A stretch of 62,882 nt of DNA, filler included, from Octopus bimaculoides (GCF_001194135.2; 4 parts of 4 records of this genome joined end to end with filler, not necessarily neighbours in it); one strand, 5' to 3'. Positions 24,839 to 36,600 are shown, numbered from the whole stretch's first letter. Notes: generated by a model not told the origin, from the letters alone. Program-made: numbers and translations.

Positions 24839-27549
24839 TGGGCAATTATGGAGTGAATCTTTAGGTCTTATAAATCTAATATTCTCCTATCCTTACTTAA
24901 TACCAGTTCCTATATGCTATTCATATCTGCACTCAGTCAACTAAAGAGGTTGTTGTGTCCTAGCATATGTGCTGCTTCTTTTAGTTTTCGTATTTTCCAG
25001 TGGTGTTCTCTGTCTATTATTTTAACTTCATCCCAGAGGGAGAGGTGGTCTCCATTTTTCCACACATGATCAGCTATACCCGATTTATCAATATCTCCTC
25101 GTGTCACAGCTTTGCGATGTTCCTCTACCCTTATTTTGAGGGGGTGGCATGTTTCGCCTTTGTATAACCTATCACAGCTGCATAGGATGGAGTACACGCA
25201 GTTTTGGGTCATATTCTCTTCTATTGGTGATTTTACCCGAAGGAGATATTTGCGAAGTGTTGTATTATTCTTGAATACTGTCCTGATGTCATATGGGCCA
25301 CATATCTTTTGTATTTTTTGGGGGAAGCCTTTCACATAGGGTAGACAGACTGTAGACAGTTTATTGGTTTCATCCTCTCTTTTCTTCATAATTGGAGTAG
25401 ATAGTATGTTTTGGGGATAGTTGTTGCTTAATAGATTGTTACTGAGCTTGATCATTTCTTCGTGGTGGGTATCACAATCGTAAATAATGTAAATAATGTG
25501 TTACAGTAGTGTCCCTAATCTAAATGGAGAGGATAGGTTCTTTGGTACAATGCAGTGGCATTCAGTTTGGTCATTGGTATAGCTTTCAATCCCTAAACCA
25601 TCCGGGATCTTCCATACATATATCACTACATATCTTTTGCATCTTCTCCCTACGGAGCAAATTCTCAACTTTTTTAGCCTTTCCCAGTGGCTCATCTGTT
25701 GCACCAAGTCAATATTCTTTGCGTAATAGCATTAGATTGATTTGAGTTCTGCAGTTAGTTTGATGCTTTGTAGCAACAACAGTTGGAAGCAGTAATTTAG
25801 GCAGTTTAGAAATAAAATATTCTCCATAAGAGATACATGGTATCCTTTCTCCTGGCTCTGAATGATCTCATAATCCAGCCAGCCACTCGCCTGCATAGTG
25901 TAGCCATCTCAGTAATATGCACATAGGAATGATACATCAATACTCATGTGGATTTCCAGGTCATACATGAAGCCTGACTCTGGGATTGCACTGATCCTGT
26001 GCATTCTCTGATCCTGTGCATTCCTCTGATCCTGTGCATTCCAATTGCAGTCTATTTGTGGACCAATAGTCAAGTATTTTCATAGTCAAGTATTTTCATC
26101 AGTCAATTTGTATCTTGCATCTAGGTCTTTCTGCAGTTTTTGAGTGTCAGAGTCTTTGACCACTTGTGATACTTTTGCATCATCAGCATAACTGATGAGA
26201 GTGGCTGACTGTATGATTGAGGGCATATCTGAGAGAGCCACTACAAACAGTAGTGGTCCCAGTACAGTTCCCTGAGAGACTCTGCTGAGAATTGGTGTCT
26301 CCTCAGAGAGAGCTCCATTGGCTGCAACTGTCTGACTTCTAGCTTTTAAAAAGTCATGCAGCCACTTCCCTAGTTTTCCAGCAATACTAAGATCATACAG
26401 TTTGTGACATATCATCTCATGAATAACTTTGTCAAAAGCCTTGGCAAAGTAAAGATATATTACATCCACATTTGAGTGGTTGGGCTGTTGTTTCAGTTCC
26501 CAGCTATAATGCTGTAGTAACTGTATGAGGCAGCACCTTCCTGAACAGAAGCCATTCTGCATGTTTGTGAGCAAGCTATTTTCTTCTCAGAATGTGATCA
26601 ACCTCCTTCTGACAATATGTTCTATGACTTTGCCAGCATGTAAAGTCAGAGAGGTAAGCCTGTAATTTTTAGCATCTACACTGCTTCCTCTTTTTTGGAC
26701 AGAGTATATTGTACCTTCTTTTAATATTTTGAATTTACCACATGCAAGGAAACTCTGAAAAGTATGTCTTTAGAAGTATGCTTTGCATGCCTTTAAAATA
26801 ACAGCTGGAAATCCATCAGGGTCCATTGCTAAGTTTGAGTCCATCTCATCAATGGTTGATATTACATCTTCCTCTTTTTGTTTTGAGAATGTGAAGGTTA
26901 AATCCAAGAATTCAGTCCAGAGTTTTAACTTTAGTAGTTAGGTGTATTTTCTTGGTATATTCACTTTTCGGGGATTAGCATTTGAGGGTTCAGAAAAGAA
27001 TGTAGGTGGGTGGTGAGATTTATTTTGTTGACACATTGGTATTATTTATCATTTTTTTCTTGTTTATATTTAGAGAATACTGGTTATTACCTAAGTATGT
27101 TACAGTGATATTAATATGGAGAATTTTTTAAACAAATGTCTTAATGTTCACAAGAATATGTTGGTGGGTTTAAAGGGTATAGATCAGCATATTTATCTCA
27201 AGTGGATTATCTTTCTGGAAAATATTTGATTGCCATTTATACTATTCAATGTATGTGTTTAAGAAGGGAAAGTTTGTAGGCTGCTTTTTATTAATATTTC
27301 TGAAATTTGGTATCAGACATGGGATTTTTTTATAATCTTATGTTATTTGTATTAAAATGTGTCATACATGTGCATTATAAAAGAATGCACAAGGAATTCT
27401 AAGTCAGGTTGTTCCTCTATCTTCCTTGCATAAATGTATGTGTGTGGATGTGTGCATTCTATTTTATGTGTGTATATTATAGTTGATGGTGAAGGTATTA
27501 ATGGTAGAAGTAAGGTGGTGAGGTATTTTTATATTTAGCCATTAGAAAA

Positions 27550-28860
27550 AACTATAGGTTTGAAATGTTTTTAAGATTTGTACTTACATAAAGAGACTAG
27601 GTTCTTTAATGTAAGAATAGGATAGGATTCATTCATACAGAATTAGTATGGCTTGTTATTACCCTTATAATGCTGTGCATGTAACAATATTTTCCAGTAT
27701 ATAGTAAATGGAGTACCTTTTTTATTTTAATGTCCATATATGCTTGAATAGAGAGGTATCATTGTTCCTGTTTGAGTTTCAAAAAGTGCATGTGTATTGG
27801 TTGTAGTGTGTTTTGAATTGGTTTGCTGTAGACCCTATATATGTAGATGTAGTAGTTGGTTTAATATTCATGGTTGCTGTTGTGCTATAGACAATATTGC
27901 TTGAGAGACACTTTCCTTCTAGAGGGCAAGATGAAGATGTTCTACAACTGCAATTGTTATTATTTGTGTGATTTTGTTTTCAGATTTAGAGGGATGTTGG
28001 TGGTTATAATTGACTACAGTTATTTCAAAATTGTTAGTTGTAGAATATGACACTTTTGTGTTGTGCCTGTTAATGTTTGAGATACTTGTGATTAGGGTGG
28101 AAGTGTTTTTGAAATAGTGAAAAATAATTTGGCTATTAGAGTAGAAACTTGTATGTTGAAGAGGAGGTTGAACCACATATTTTTTTTATTTTTTGAAGAT
28201 ATAATATTGTTTATATATACGACTTTTTCTTTGTATACAGTTATTGAGAGCTTCATTGTATGGGGTTGCTATTTCACTGGGTATTTTTTCATTAGAAGAT
28301 AAAGAAGAGAATCTAATGGAAATAAACCTTGCTAGGTTTTTAATTATGCCTTTGGGGTAGTTGAAGTGTCTGTGGATATATTGGATTTTTCATTGTCTTT
28401 CTTGTAGGGTTTGTAGATACTGGATTCTAAATCAAGTGTAACATCAAGGAAGTTCACAAATTTAAGCTGTCTCTACTGTTATGAGAAAGCCCAAGTTTTT
28501 AAGAAATGGTGTAGTTCTTTTCTAAATTTATCAGTTTTTCGTAGGTTGTGGTTTCTTAATAGAAGTAGCCCTGTAGAGACCACCTGAGAGGAAGGGGAAA
28601 TTTGCCATGTAGTTTTTCTAATATGTAAAGGCCAATGATGTCACTTACCTCTGCTGAATCTTTAGATCTCATGCTCATGTCAAAAGAATCTTCAGTATTT
28701 TTCTTAATCCAGAAAGCATTGTCTCAAAAGTGGAGGGATTTCCTTGCTTGTAATATTGTATCTATTTCAGTGTCATTTATTTTTGTTACTGTCTTAGTGA
28801 CGTTCAGGACATCCATGAGAATAAGCTTTGATATTGACGTGTAATAATCTTTCATGTCAA
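27550..28860 (-). mobile_element. Decayed Penelope-like element (RT followed by GIY-YIG)
   Basis: DMKDYYTSISK...ARKSLHF.DNAFWIKK...FDMSM..DSAEV..IIGLYIL; VNFLDVTLDL..SIYKPYKKDN; CLSSNIVY...TYIGSTANQFKT..Q; many stops. Confidence 0.85.
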
Positions 28861-28940
28861 GGATTATTGATGTCTAAATTACCCTAGAAAATTTTAAATT
28901 AACAGAGACTATATAAGACCAAGATGAACTTAAATGGCTT

Positions 28941-28985
28941 ACAGTCTGATGATGGCTTACCTAGCCAAAACTTTGAAGTCACTGT
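28941..28985 (+). ncRNA. Type-I hammerhead ribozyme motif with G12>A substitution, in the inverted terminal segment of the PLE
   Basis: ACAGU-CUGAUGA-U-GGCU-uaccu-AGCC-AAAA-CUUUGAAGUC-ACUGU: perfect 5-bp stem I, 4-bp stem II, stem III, GUC cleavage triplet; GAAA reads AAAA. Confidence 0.75.
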
Positions 28986-29099
28986 CAATTGAATACTATT
29001 CTTGTTAAAGAATAATATAAATATATACATATGTTGTGTGGCCATACAAACACAAGACCAATTAAACCAACTGAACAGCCTTTATGACTATCTTCTCTC

Positions 29100-29430
29100 T
29101 AGACTCAACACCCTCCCACCGCAACATAGTGTAGCAGCAGCAACAGTTTAGTTAACAGACTGAAATCTGCCATCCCTCTGGGTAACAGCTCTAGGATGAC
29201 AGCAATAACAATTCTCCAGTGACTACAGAAGGGATCCATTAGAGAAACATAACAACAGTGGCAACTATAGAAAGAACAACAGCAGCAGTGATAGCAGTGA
29301 CAACACTCCATTGAAGGCACAGAAAAGAAAAAGATGATAACAACTAGGACTGCAACACAGATCACAACAGAGCTACCACTGCCACTGACAAAAACAACAT
29401 CAGCATGTAGTATTAATAGCAATAGTGCTA
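29100..29430. repeat. Degenerate (CAA/CAG) low-complexity tract
   Basis: Visible. Confidence 0.6.
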
Positions 29431-29639
29431 ACAATAGTACGAATGAGAATAACAGGTAAAAGTGGTGTAAGTGATTTCGTTGTGTCTGGGGTGAGTCATA
29501 CTGCTTTAATATCTAAAACACTCAATTCCCATTTATTTATTATTTATATTTTTCCTTTTCCAAAATTTTCATTGCTTTTGCAACCTTGTCAATGGATGTT
29601 GATTCTGACCATCATCAGAGCTGTGTTCCTTTTGTCTGT

Positions 29640-30046
29640 TTATGCACATGTGTGCACCAGTGTGTATATGTGCTTGTGTATGTATGCATGTATGTATGTA
29701 TGTATGTATGTATATATGCATGTATGTATGTATGTGTGTATGTATGTTTGTATGTATGTGTGTATGCATGTATGTATTCTGCATATTCATGCGTTTGTGT
29801 GTGTGTGTGTGTGTATGCATGCTTGTGTATTTGTGTATGCATGTGTGTGTGTGTGTATGTGCACGCGTGTTTGAATGTGTCTATGTGTATGAGTCTCTGC
29901 AACGATGTATGTACATCTGCTATACATGGATGTGTGTCTTCAAATGTGTCTTTGTGTGTATGTGTGTGTGTGGAGTGTGTATATATGGTCGTGTGTTTCT
30001 GACTCCTTTTGTGTGTCTTTGTGTGTACACATACATTATTATCTTG

Positions 30047-30094
<48 letters not shown>

Positions 30095-30095
30095 T
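29640..30095. repeat. (TATG)n/(TG)n/(ATT)n microsatellite cluster
   Basis: Visible. Confidence 0.9.
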
Positions 30096-30479
30096 TGTAC
30101 TAGGTATGGCAAGGGGCTTCATCTGTTATCAAAGCCTGAGCAAATTCCATCTTCAGCATTTCGGAGCTACCTGCCCTGCATACAGACAGCCTCTTCCCCA
30201 TGTGGCATTAATATGCACTGGAGTCTAGGCTATTTGAACAAAAGAGTGTGACAGATGGAACAAACCGATACCACTTAAAACAAATTCATTGTAGAAGTAG
30301 TTTGAAGGTGAGTTCAAAGTCTTACAGTGACAGGATATGGCAATGGGAACAGGTAAAGGATGTTGCTAGAAGTTCCTAGCCAGAGTCTCACACATAGGCA
30401 GCATAGAGGGTGACGGCCATCTCTTTGTAGAATTTAAAGCACATGCAAGATTCATGTCCTCTTTTATGTAGTAAGCAGT

Positions 30480-31620
30480 CCTATCTAGGTGTTGTAACAC
30501 TGTGAGAAAAGGAACCCTAAAAAATGTGTTGCCTTCAATAAGCTTCGCATTAACTGTAGATGTCTAGCCATCCAGTTTATTGCAGTTGAGATAAAATAAA
30601 AGAAGCCTGCTAATCTTTTGTTGTTAGAATGTAAGAACTTTACAAAACAACAAAGACAATCTAGAATGAAAAACAGCACTAATTGTAAAGGTTATCGGCT
30701 TCCATAATATTGATATTGCTGCACTAAGTGAAACTAGGCTTGTGGACACTGGTAAATTAGAAGTTCAAAGTGGCTATGCAGTTTTTAGAGTGGAAAACCA
30801 GCAGATGGATCAAGAATTTGTGGTGATGGCTTTGCTATTAAATCAACTCTACTCCACAAATTGCCATCCATCCCTCATTCTATACACCCATAGGTAACTT
30901 CTCATCTATACACATTATCAGTGCATATGCATCTACTTTATCAGCATCAAAACAAGAACACAACATCTACCCTAAATTACAAACAGTTGCCAGTAAAACT
31001 TCATATCATGACAAAGTCAAATTGATGAGTGATTTTAATGCCAGAATAGGTAACAAACATATGGTGTGACCAAAGGTAATAGGAAAACATGGAACAGAAC
31101 AGATGAATGCAAGTGGGTTATGGCTGCTGTCTTTTTGTCAACAATTTGGTCTAACAATTACAAACACAATGTTTCAGCAGGCAGATAAATATAAAAACAC
31201 TTGGAAACATCCCCAAACTGGTAATTGGCACATGCTTGACTATGTCACAACTAAGAACAAAGATTGCAGCGATTTCAGATTAATCAGTGCTTACAAAACT
31301 CCTAAGTGTTACTCAGATCACAGAATAGTCGGCAGTAAGGTATTTGTTAAACCACATACAAAGAAGCCACTGAAATCAAGTATACCTCTGAAAATAGACG
31401 TGTCTTTAAAAAATCCAGAAACAACAAAAAATTTTGAAATGTATATTAATTCAAAACTTGAGAGAACATAGAAGAAAGCAATGATTCTGAAGTTTTGTGG
31501 TAACATCAAATTATGACAGCATCAAATGGAAGACCCAAGATTGGTTTAAGAACAATTCTCAAATCAAACCTCTCCTAGAAACTATGTACAAAAGACACAA
31601 GGCATGGATCTCAAACAACA
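30480..31620 (+). mobile_element. RTE-clade LINE, APE endonuclease fragment
   Basis: NVRTL...IDIAALSETRL...GKL; N.SGLWLLSFCQQFGLTITNTMFQQADKYKNTWKHP..G.WHMLDYV...SDHRIV. Confidence 0.85.
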
Positions 31621-31639
31621 TTCATGCTAATATGGTTGC

Positions 31640-32483
31640 TACATTAGGAGATGACACTCCAGCTTTATAAACAGTGCAAAATCTGGCAGCTGAATTTAGA
31701 AAGGGAAAGGAGAATCATGAAGATGACCCAATGCTTGAAAGTTCTACAACTGCTACCATAGTCATCTTCACCACAAGGTGATGGATGATAGACAATTGAC
31801 TATAATCAAATAGCCAATGCAATTAGCATATCCTGTGAGAGAGTTGAGAACATTTTACACAATGGACTTGGCATGATGACAAAGAGACAATCCATGTAGT
31901 GGAAACATCCCTCATCACCTACTCCAAACAAGGACAACATTGTTTCATCTGCAAGGAAGATGATAGCCTCAGTTTTTTGGGATGCAAAAGGCATTGTGTT
32001 TATTGTTATCTTCAAAAGGGCTACACCATCAATGGAGAGTATTATGCCAACTTTCTAAGACAGTTACAAAAGAATATCAAGACCAAACGTCCAGGAAAAC
32101 TGACAAAAGTGGTCTTGTTTCATCAGGACAATGCTCCTACACACAAGTCCTTCATTTCAATGGTTTCCGTGCATGATCATAGCTTTGAACTGGTTGATCA
32201 CTCTCTCTATTTTTCTGATTTGGTCCCCTCTATCATCTGTTCCCCAACATGAAAGTACACTTGACTGGGAACCAGTATCGAGTGATGATGATGTCGTATC
32301 TACTGTTGATGACTTTTTAACCAGCAGAATATAAGCTTCTTCACCAACGGGATCTGAGCACTACAACTCTGATGAAAGTGTAATGACCACAAGGGGGATT
32401 ATGTTTAGAAATAAACCTCATTTGGTCACACTCCATGAAAGTATCTTGGTCAGCCTATTAACTTTTCATCCAACCCTCATGTA
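31640..32483 (+). mobile_element. Mariner-type transposase remnant with right terminal repeat
   Basis: YLQKGYTINGEYYANFLRQL...KTKRPGKLTKVVLFHQDNAPTH...ELVDH...SDLVPS; SDDDVVSTVDDF; end ...TTTTCATCCAACCCTCATGTA. Confidence 0.9.
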
Positions 32484-32568
32484 CATGAGTTTCTTTGCCC
32501 TAGGTGTCAGGAAGTCACTTGGCACAAAAAAGAAACAAAATTGAAAGAAAAAAACTAATAATAATATT

Positions 32569-33065
32569 CATCATCGTTTAACGTCCGCTTTCCATGCTAG
32601 CATGGGTTGGACGATTTGACTGAGGACTGGTGAACCAAATGGCTACACTAGGCTCCAATCTGATTTGGCAGAGTTTCTACAGCTGGATGCCCTTCCTAAC
32701 GCCAACCACTCCGAGAGTGTAGTGGGTGCTTTTACATGCCACCGGCACGAAGGCCAGTCAGGAGGTACTGGCAATGGCCACGCTCAAAATGGTGTATTTT
32801 ACGTGCCACCTGCACAGGAGCCAGTCCAGCAGTACTGGCAACGAACTCACTCGAATGTCTTTTTACGTGCCACTGGCACAAGTGCCAGGAGGACGACGTT
32901 GGTAATGATCATGCTCAAGTGGTGCTATTTACATGGCCCTGGCACGGAAGCCAGACAGCTGGCGTTCTGGCAACGATCACGCTCAGACGGTGCTCTTAGT
33001 GATCTACTGGTACAGGTGCCATCGCGATTTCGCTTTCGTTTGCCCCAACAGGTCTTCGCAAGCCG
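32569..33065 (-). mobile_element. Family E retroposon with an internal ~65-bp subrepeat array
   Basis: Reverse complement of 20101-20340, plus 4-5 units starting TTT(T)AC(A/G)TG(C/G)C(A/C)C. Confidence 0.85.
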
Positions 33066-33071
33066 AAATCC

Positions 33072-33582
33072 TTTCTGCTATAGGCACAAGGCCTGAAATT
33101 TGGGGGGAGGGGGTAAGTCGATCACATCAAACCCAGTACTTGACTGGTACTTAATTTATCGGCCCCAGAAGGATGAAAGGCAAATTCAATCTCAACAGAA
33201 TTTGAACTCAGAACATGAAGATGGACAAAATGTCACTAAGCATTTTGCCTGGCATGCTAATTATTCTGCCAGCTCACAACCTTGATGTTGATGATGATGA
33301 TGATGATGATAATAATAATCTTTGCTACTTTAGGCACATGACCCGAAATTTGGGGAGAGGGGGGCCAGTCGATTAGATCGACCCCAGTACACAACTGGTA
33401 CTTAATTTATTGACCCCGAAAGGATGAAAAGCAAAGTCGACCTTGGCGGAATTTGAACTCAGAATATAAAGAGAGACGAAATACCGCAAAGCATTGCACC
33501 TGGCATGCTAACATTTCTGCCAGCTCGCCGCCTTTATAATATAAAAGATGGACTACCACAAATATTCTGCTCAATAATAATG

Positions 33583-33654
<72 letters not shown>

Positions 33655-33838
33655 GTTTCAAATAACAATAATAATAATGGTTTCAAATGTTTAGGAGGCT
33701 AATCAATTACATTGACCCCAGTGTTTCACTGGTACTTATTTTATCAACCCTGAAAGGATGAAAGGCAAAGTTGACATTGGCAGAATTTGAACTCAGAAAA
33801 TAGTAATCAGCAAAATACTGCTAAGCATTTCATCCAGC
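33072..33838 (-). mobile_element. Three co-oriented SINE family A copies (33072-33282, 33320-33534, 33675-33838) separated by (GAT)n/(AAT)n
   Basis: Each carries GGATGAAA(G/A)GCAAA...GAATTTGAACTCAGAA; the first two end in TCTGCCAGCTC, the third runs into a gap. Confidence 0.9.
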
Positions 33839-34235
33839 NNNNNNNNNNNNNNNNNNNNNNNNNNNNNNNNNNNNNNNNNNNNNNNNNNNNNNNNNNNNNN
33901 NNNNNNNNNNNNNNNNNNNNNNNNNNNNNNNNNNNNNNNNNNNNNNNNNNNNNNNNNNNNNNNNNNNNNNNNNNNNNNNNNNNNNNNNNNNNNNNNNNNN
34001 NNNNNNNNNNNNNNNNNNNNNNNNNNNNNNNNNNNNNNNNNNNNNNNNNNNNNNNNNNNNNNNNNNNNNNNNNNNNNNNNNNNNNNNNNNNNNNNNNNNN
34101 NNNNNNNNNNNNNNNNNNNNNNNNNNNNNNNNNNNNNNNNNNNNNNNNNNNNNNNNNNNNNNNNNNNNNNNNNNNNNNNNNNNNNNNNNNNNNNNNNNNN
34201 NNNNNNNNNNNNNNNNNNNNNNNNNNNNNNNNNNG

Positions 34236-34578
34236 GGGGAGCATCATAGCCATGTGTTGAGAGGAATTCTTTGGGGTTTGAATAATTCAACTTTGGAAAC
34301 ATGGGTGTTTTGCTCAACATCCTTAAACAAACCTTACTCAGGGACCTTTTGAGCGGGATGGGCTACCCAACCTGAAGAAAATTCTAACTGGGCCCCTGCG
34401 AGGTTATGTGCTGTTTATCTTGATATGAGATCACCATGTCGCGCACATATGGTTATGATGCATGTGCCTGGTGTACCCTTATCAGATGGGTAGTCATGAT
34501 GGGTATACTGGGCTTCGTATATTTTACCCCAGTGTCACTTTGATGGCATGCACTGCTCTCTCACTCAATAATAATAAA
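34236..34578 (+). mobile_element. Retroposon 3' end, family F, with (TAA)n tail
   Basis: ...TTTTACCCCAGTGTCACTTTGATGGCATGCACTGCTCTCTCACTCAATAATAA; reverse copy at 57591-57677. Confidence 0.8.
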
Positions 34579-35129
34579 TGTGATATATTCAAATTGAAGT
34601 GTTTTATTTCAAGGTAATTGTTATAAGCTTTGATCTTTTAAGTTTAAGAGATACTACAATCAGATTTAAGTACCTCAGCAAAACAAAATTTCTAAGGTAA
34701 TGTATTTCTGAATTTGTATGTGATTATTTCAGTTTGTTTGATGAAGAGAAAATAACTGAGAATAAAACCTTAAAGGACACCAATGTCTAATATGGTTATA
34801 TGTTAATTCCCTAATAGCTAATGCTCACCTTGTCTTTAGCACTCACTTATCCATACCTATCTTTTCCATTAACCACCAAACTGTAGATTCAAGATGCTCA
34901 GCCTTTTCTGCATCATTGCTCACTTTCACATAGAAAAATTTTCCACCGTCCACCTGTATACTAAATATTCAAAAGTATACCAGAAAAGCATACCAAAAAA
35001 CATTGCCAATTTTTTAATTGTTACAAACAGATAACAATGAACAATTGTTGCATCACAAGTTTTTTATTGAAAGTAATGTAAAAAGTAGTAACATTAAATA
35101 TTTTGGCACACACATACCATTTTTATGTA

Positions 35130-35700
35130 TCATCAACTTGACCCCTGTGTCTGTGTGATGCAGCTAGTGCAGACACATTAGGTTTTAAATTAGTCATCTT
35201 TAACTGCAAGTCACCTCACTTGATTATATCCAGCCTATTTTTACATTTACATAACAAGATATTAACACAGCTGAAGCCAAGCAGGACATTGGGAAAGCTA
35301 GCAAAATCAAATTTAAGTGCTTCCATAGATTAGGATAAGTTGTCACTGTACTTTAAGGATATCATGCTCACCATGAAGCCTTTACTGTATTGTGAGGTCA
35401 TTGTCATTTTGTAAATCTATCAATTCTTCTTGTACATCATCTTTGCAATTGATTATGTAAACTTCAAATGTGTTAATATCCTGAAATCATCATTATGCAA
35501 TGATTGCAAATGATTGCAATATGTAATGACATTCTCATTAACCAATTTATCTTTCAAGCTATCCAATTGTTGAAATTGTTGGAGTTGACGTCTTGAAATG
35601 TTCATCTTAAAAAGCATTAATTCAGAAATGAAGGTAGCGATGGATGATTTACAGCCAACAAGCATTTCTTTCTTTCCTTGCAATAACATACTGCAATCAT
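35130..35700 (-). mobile_element. hAT (Charlie/Buster-like) transposase C-terminal fossil
   Basis: LQGK..MLVGCKSSIATFISELMLFKMNISRRQLQQF...YCNHLQSLHND; ELIDLQND; YPNLWKH..LLAFP; KNRLDIIKRGDLQLKMTNLKPNV. Confidence 0.75.
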
Positions 35701-36049
35701 TTAGTTTAGTGAATATGTCACTAAGAAAAAAAATAATGGGTTGGGGCTGAATAAGTAATATTTACTGCATTTTCGACTTTGAAGAAAAATATATTTTTTA
35801 CAAATGTTCACTACTTTACAAAAACTATATCAGCTAAGCAAATGATCCTGATTTTTTTTAAATAATTCGAAAAAGAGTGGAACTTTTAAGATTGATGGAG
35901 GAGAGGAGAAGTTAAAAATTTTTTGAATTCCCATGTGTAGAATACAAATACGCAAAACTTTTCTGAAAATTCTAAAAAATATAAGAGTTATGAGGGATTA
36001 AATGGGGTGCTTAAACCAGAATTTTACCCTTCTCTAAATGCATTGAAAT

Positions 36050-36600
36050 TACTATAACATATCCAGAACACTACTTCAGAAAATTATCTCCGTTCTCATT
36101 GAACATACAAAAAGACAAAATTAGATGGAGCAAAAATGAGTAAGACAAGATAAGATAAATTTGTCTCTTCAATTCTCCTGAATTACATTTGGGAAAAGAC
36201 TTATACATATCAATATCCATTCATAGTCATCAGAAAAATCAGAAATGCAACAAATATTTAAAATATCTAGGTCAAATGAAAGAGGATCATGGAAAAATGT
36301 CACATTATATAAAATTAATGAAACTCCACTAAATCTAAAAACGCAACATAAAATTTTGTCTATAACTTCTTCATGATCTGCTGGAATGGCTCTCTTCCTG
36401 ATATATTTATGCACCATGCAGTTAAAGGTAAGAAATTGTTGAAATTATACATTACTCATTTTGTCCCAGTTTAGACATAAGTTTTGTAGTGTAGGGAAAA
36501 AATCGACTTGGAATCCAGATATTTTATTAGCAACTTCAATTACAATCAGGTCAAAGTTGAGAAAAACTTTCTTAAATAAGTACCTGTCACCTGACTATGT
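36050..36600 (-). mobile_element. hAT (Charlie-like) transposase fossil, second fragment
   Basis: One frame with in-frame stops: NKISGFQ...FFPTLQN...FRFSG...FFHDPLSFD...QEN*RDKF, resembling the hAT KIxxF / FPTL / RFSDF / FxxPF motifs. Confidence 0.55.

Larger units (their letters stand above)
24547..25498 (-). mobile_element. 5'-truncated Penelope-like element (GIY-YIG C-terminus and complete 3' terminal region) with 12-bp TSD
   Basis: ORF 24937-25455: VCLPYVKG...NCVYSILCSCDRLYKGETCHPLKIRVEEHRKA...SGIADHVW...RKLKEA; TSD TGTTAC(G/A)GTAGT at 24535-24546 and 25499-25510. Confidence 0.9.
24390..26900 (-). mobile_element. CR1/L2-group LINE, RT region, 5'-truncated and interrupted by a PLE
   Basis: ORF 26086-26574: QNGF...VDVIYLYFAKAFDKV...SQGTVLGPLLF...YADDAKV; HWERLKKLR at 25501-25707; C-terminus resumes below 24546 as CNSLGF...KKNLDKFISEVPDKP. 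Confidence 0.9.

Noticed and set aside
36169-36417. ORF with superficial likeness to an Ataxin-10-like helical host exon
   Set aside because: It is part of a longer frame broken by in-frame stops, lacks convincing splice sites and fits hAT transposase motifs better.
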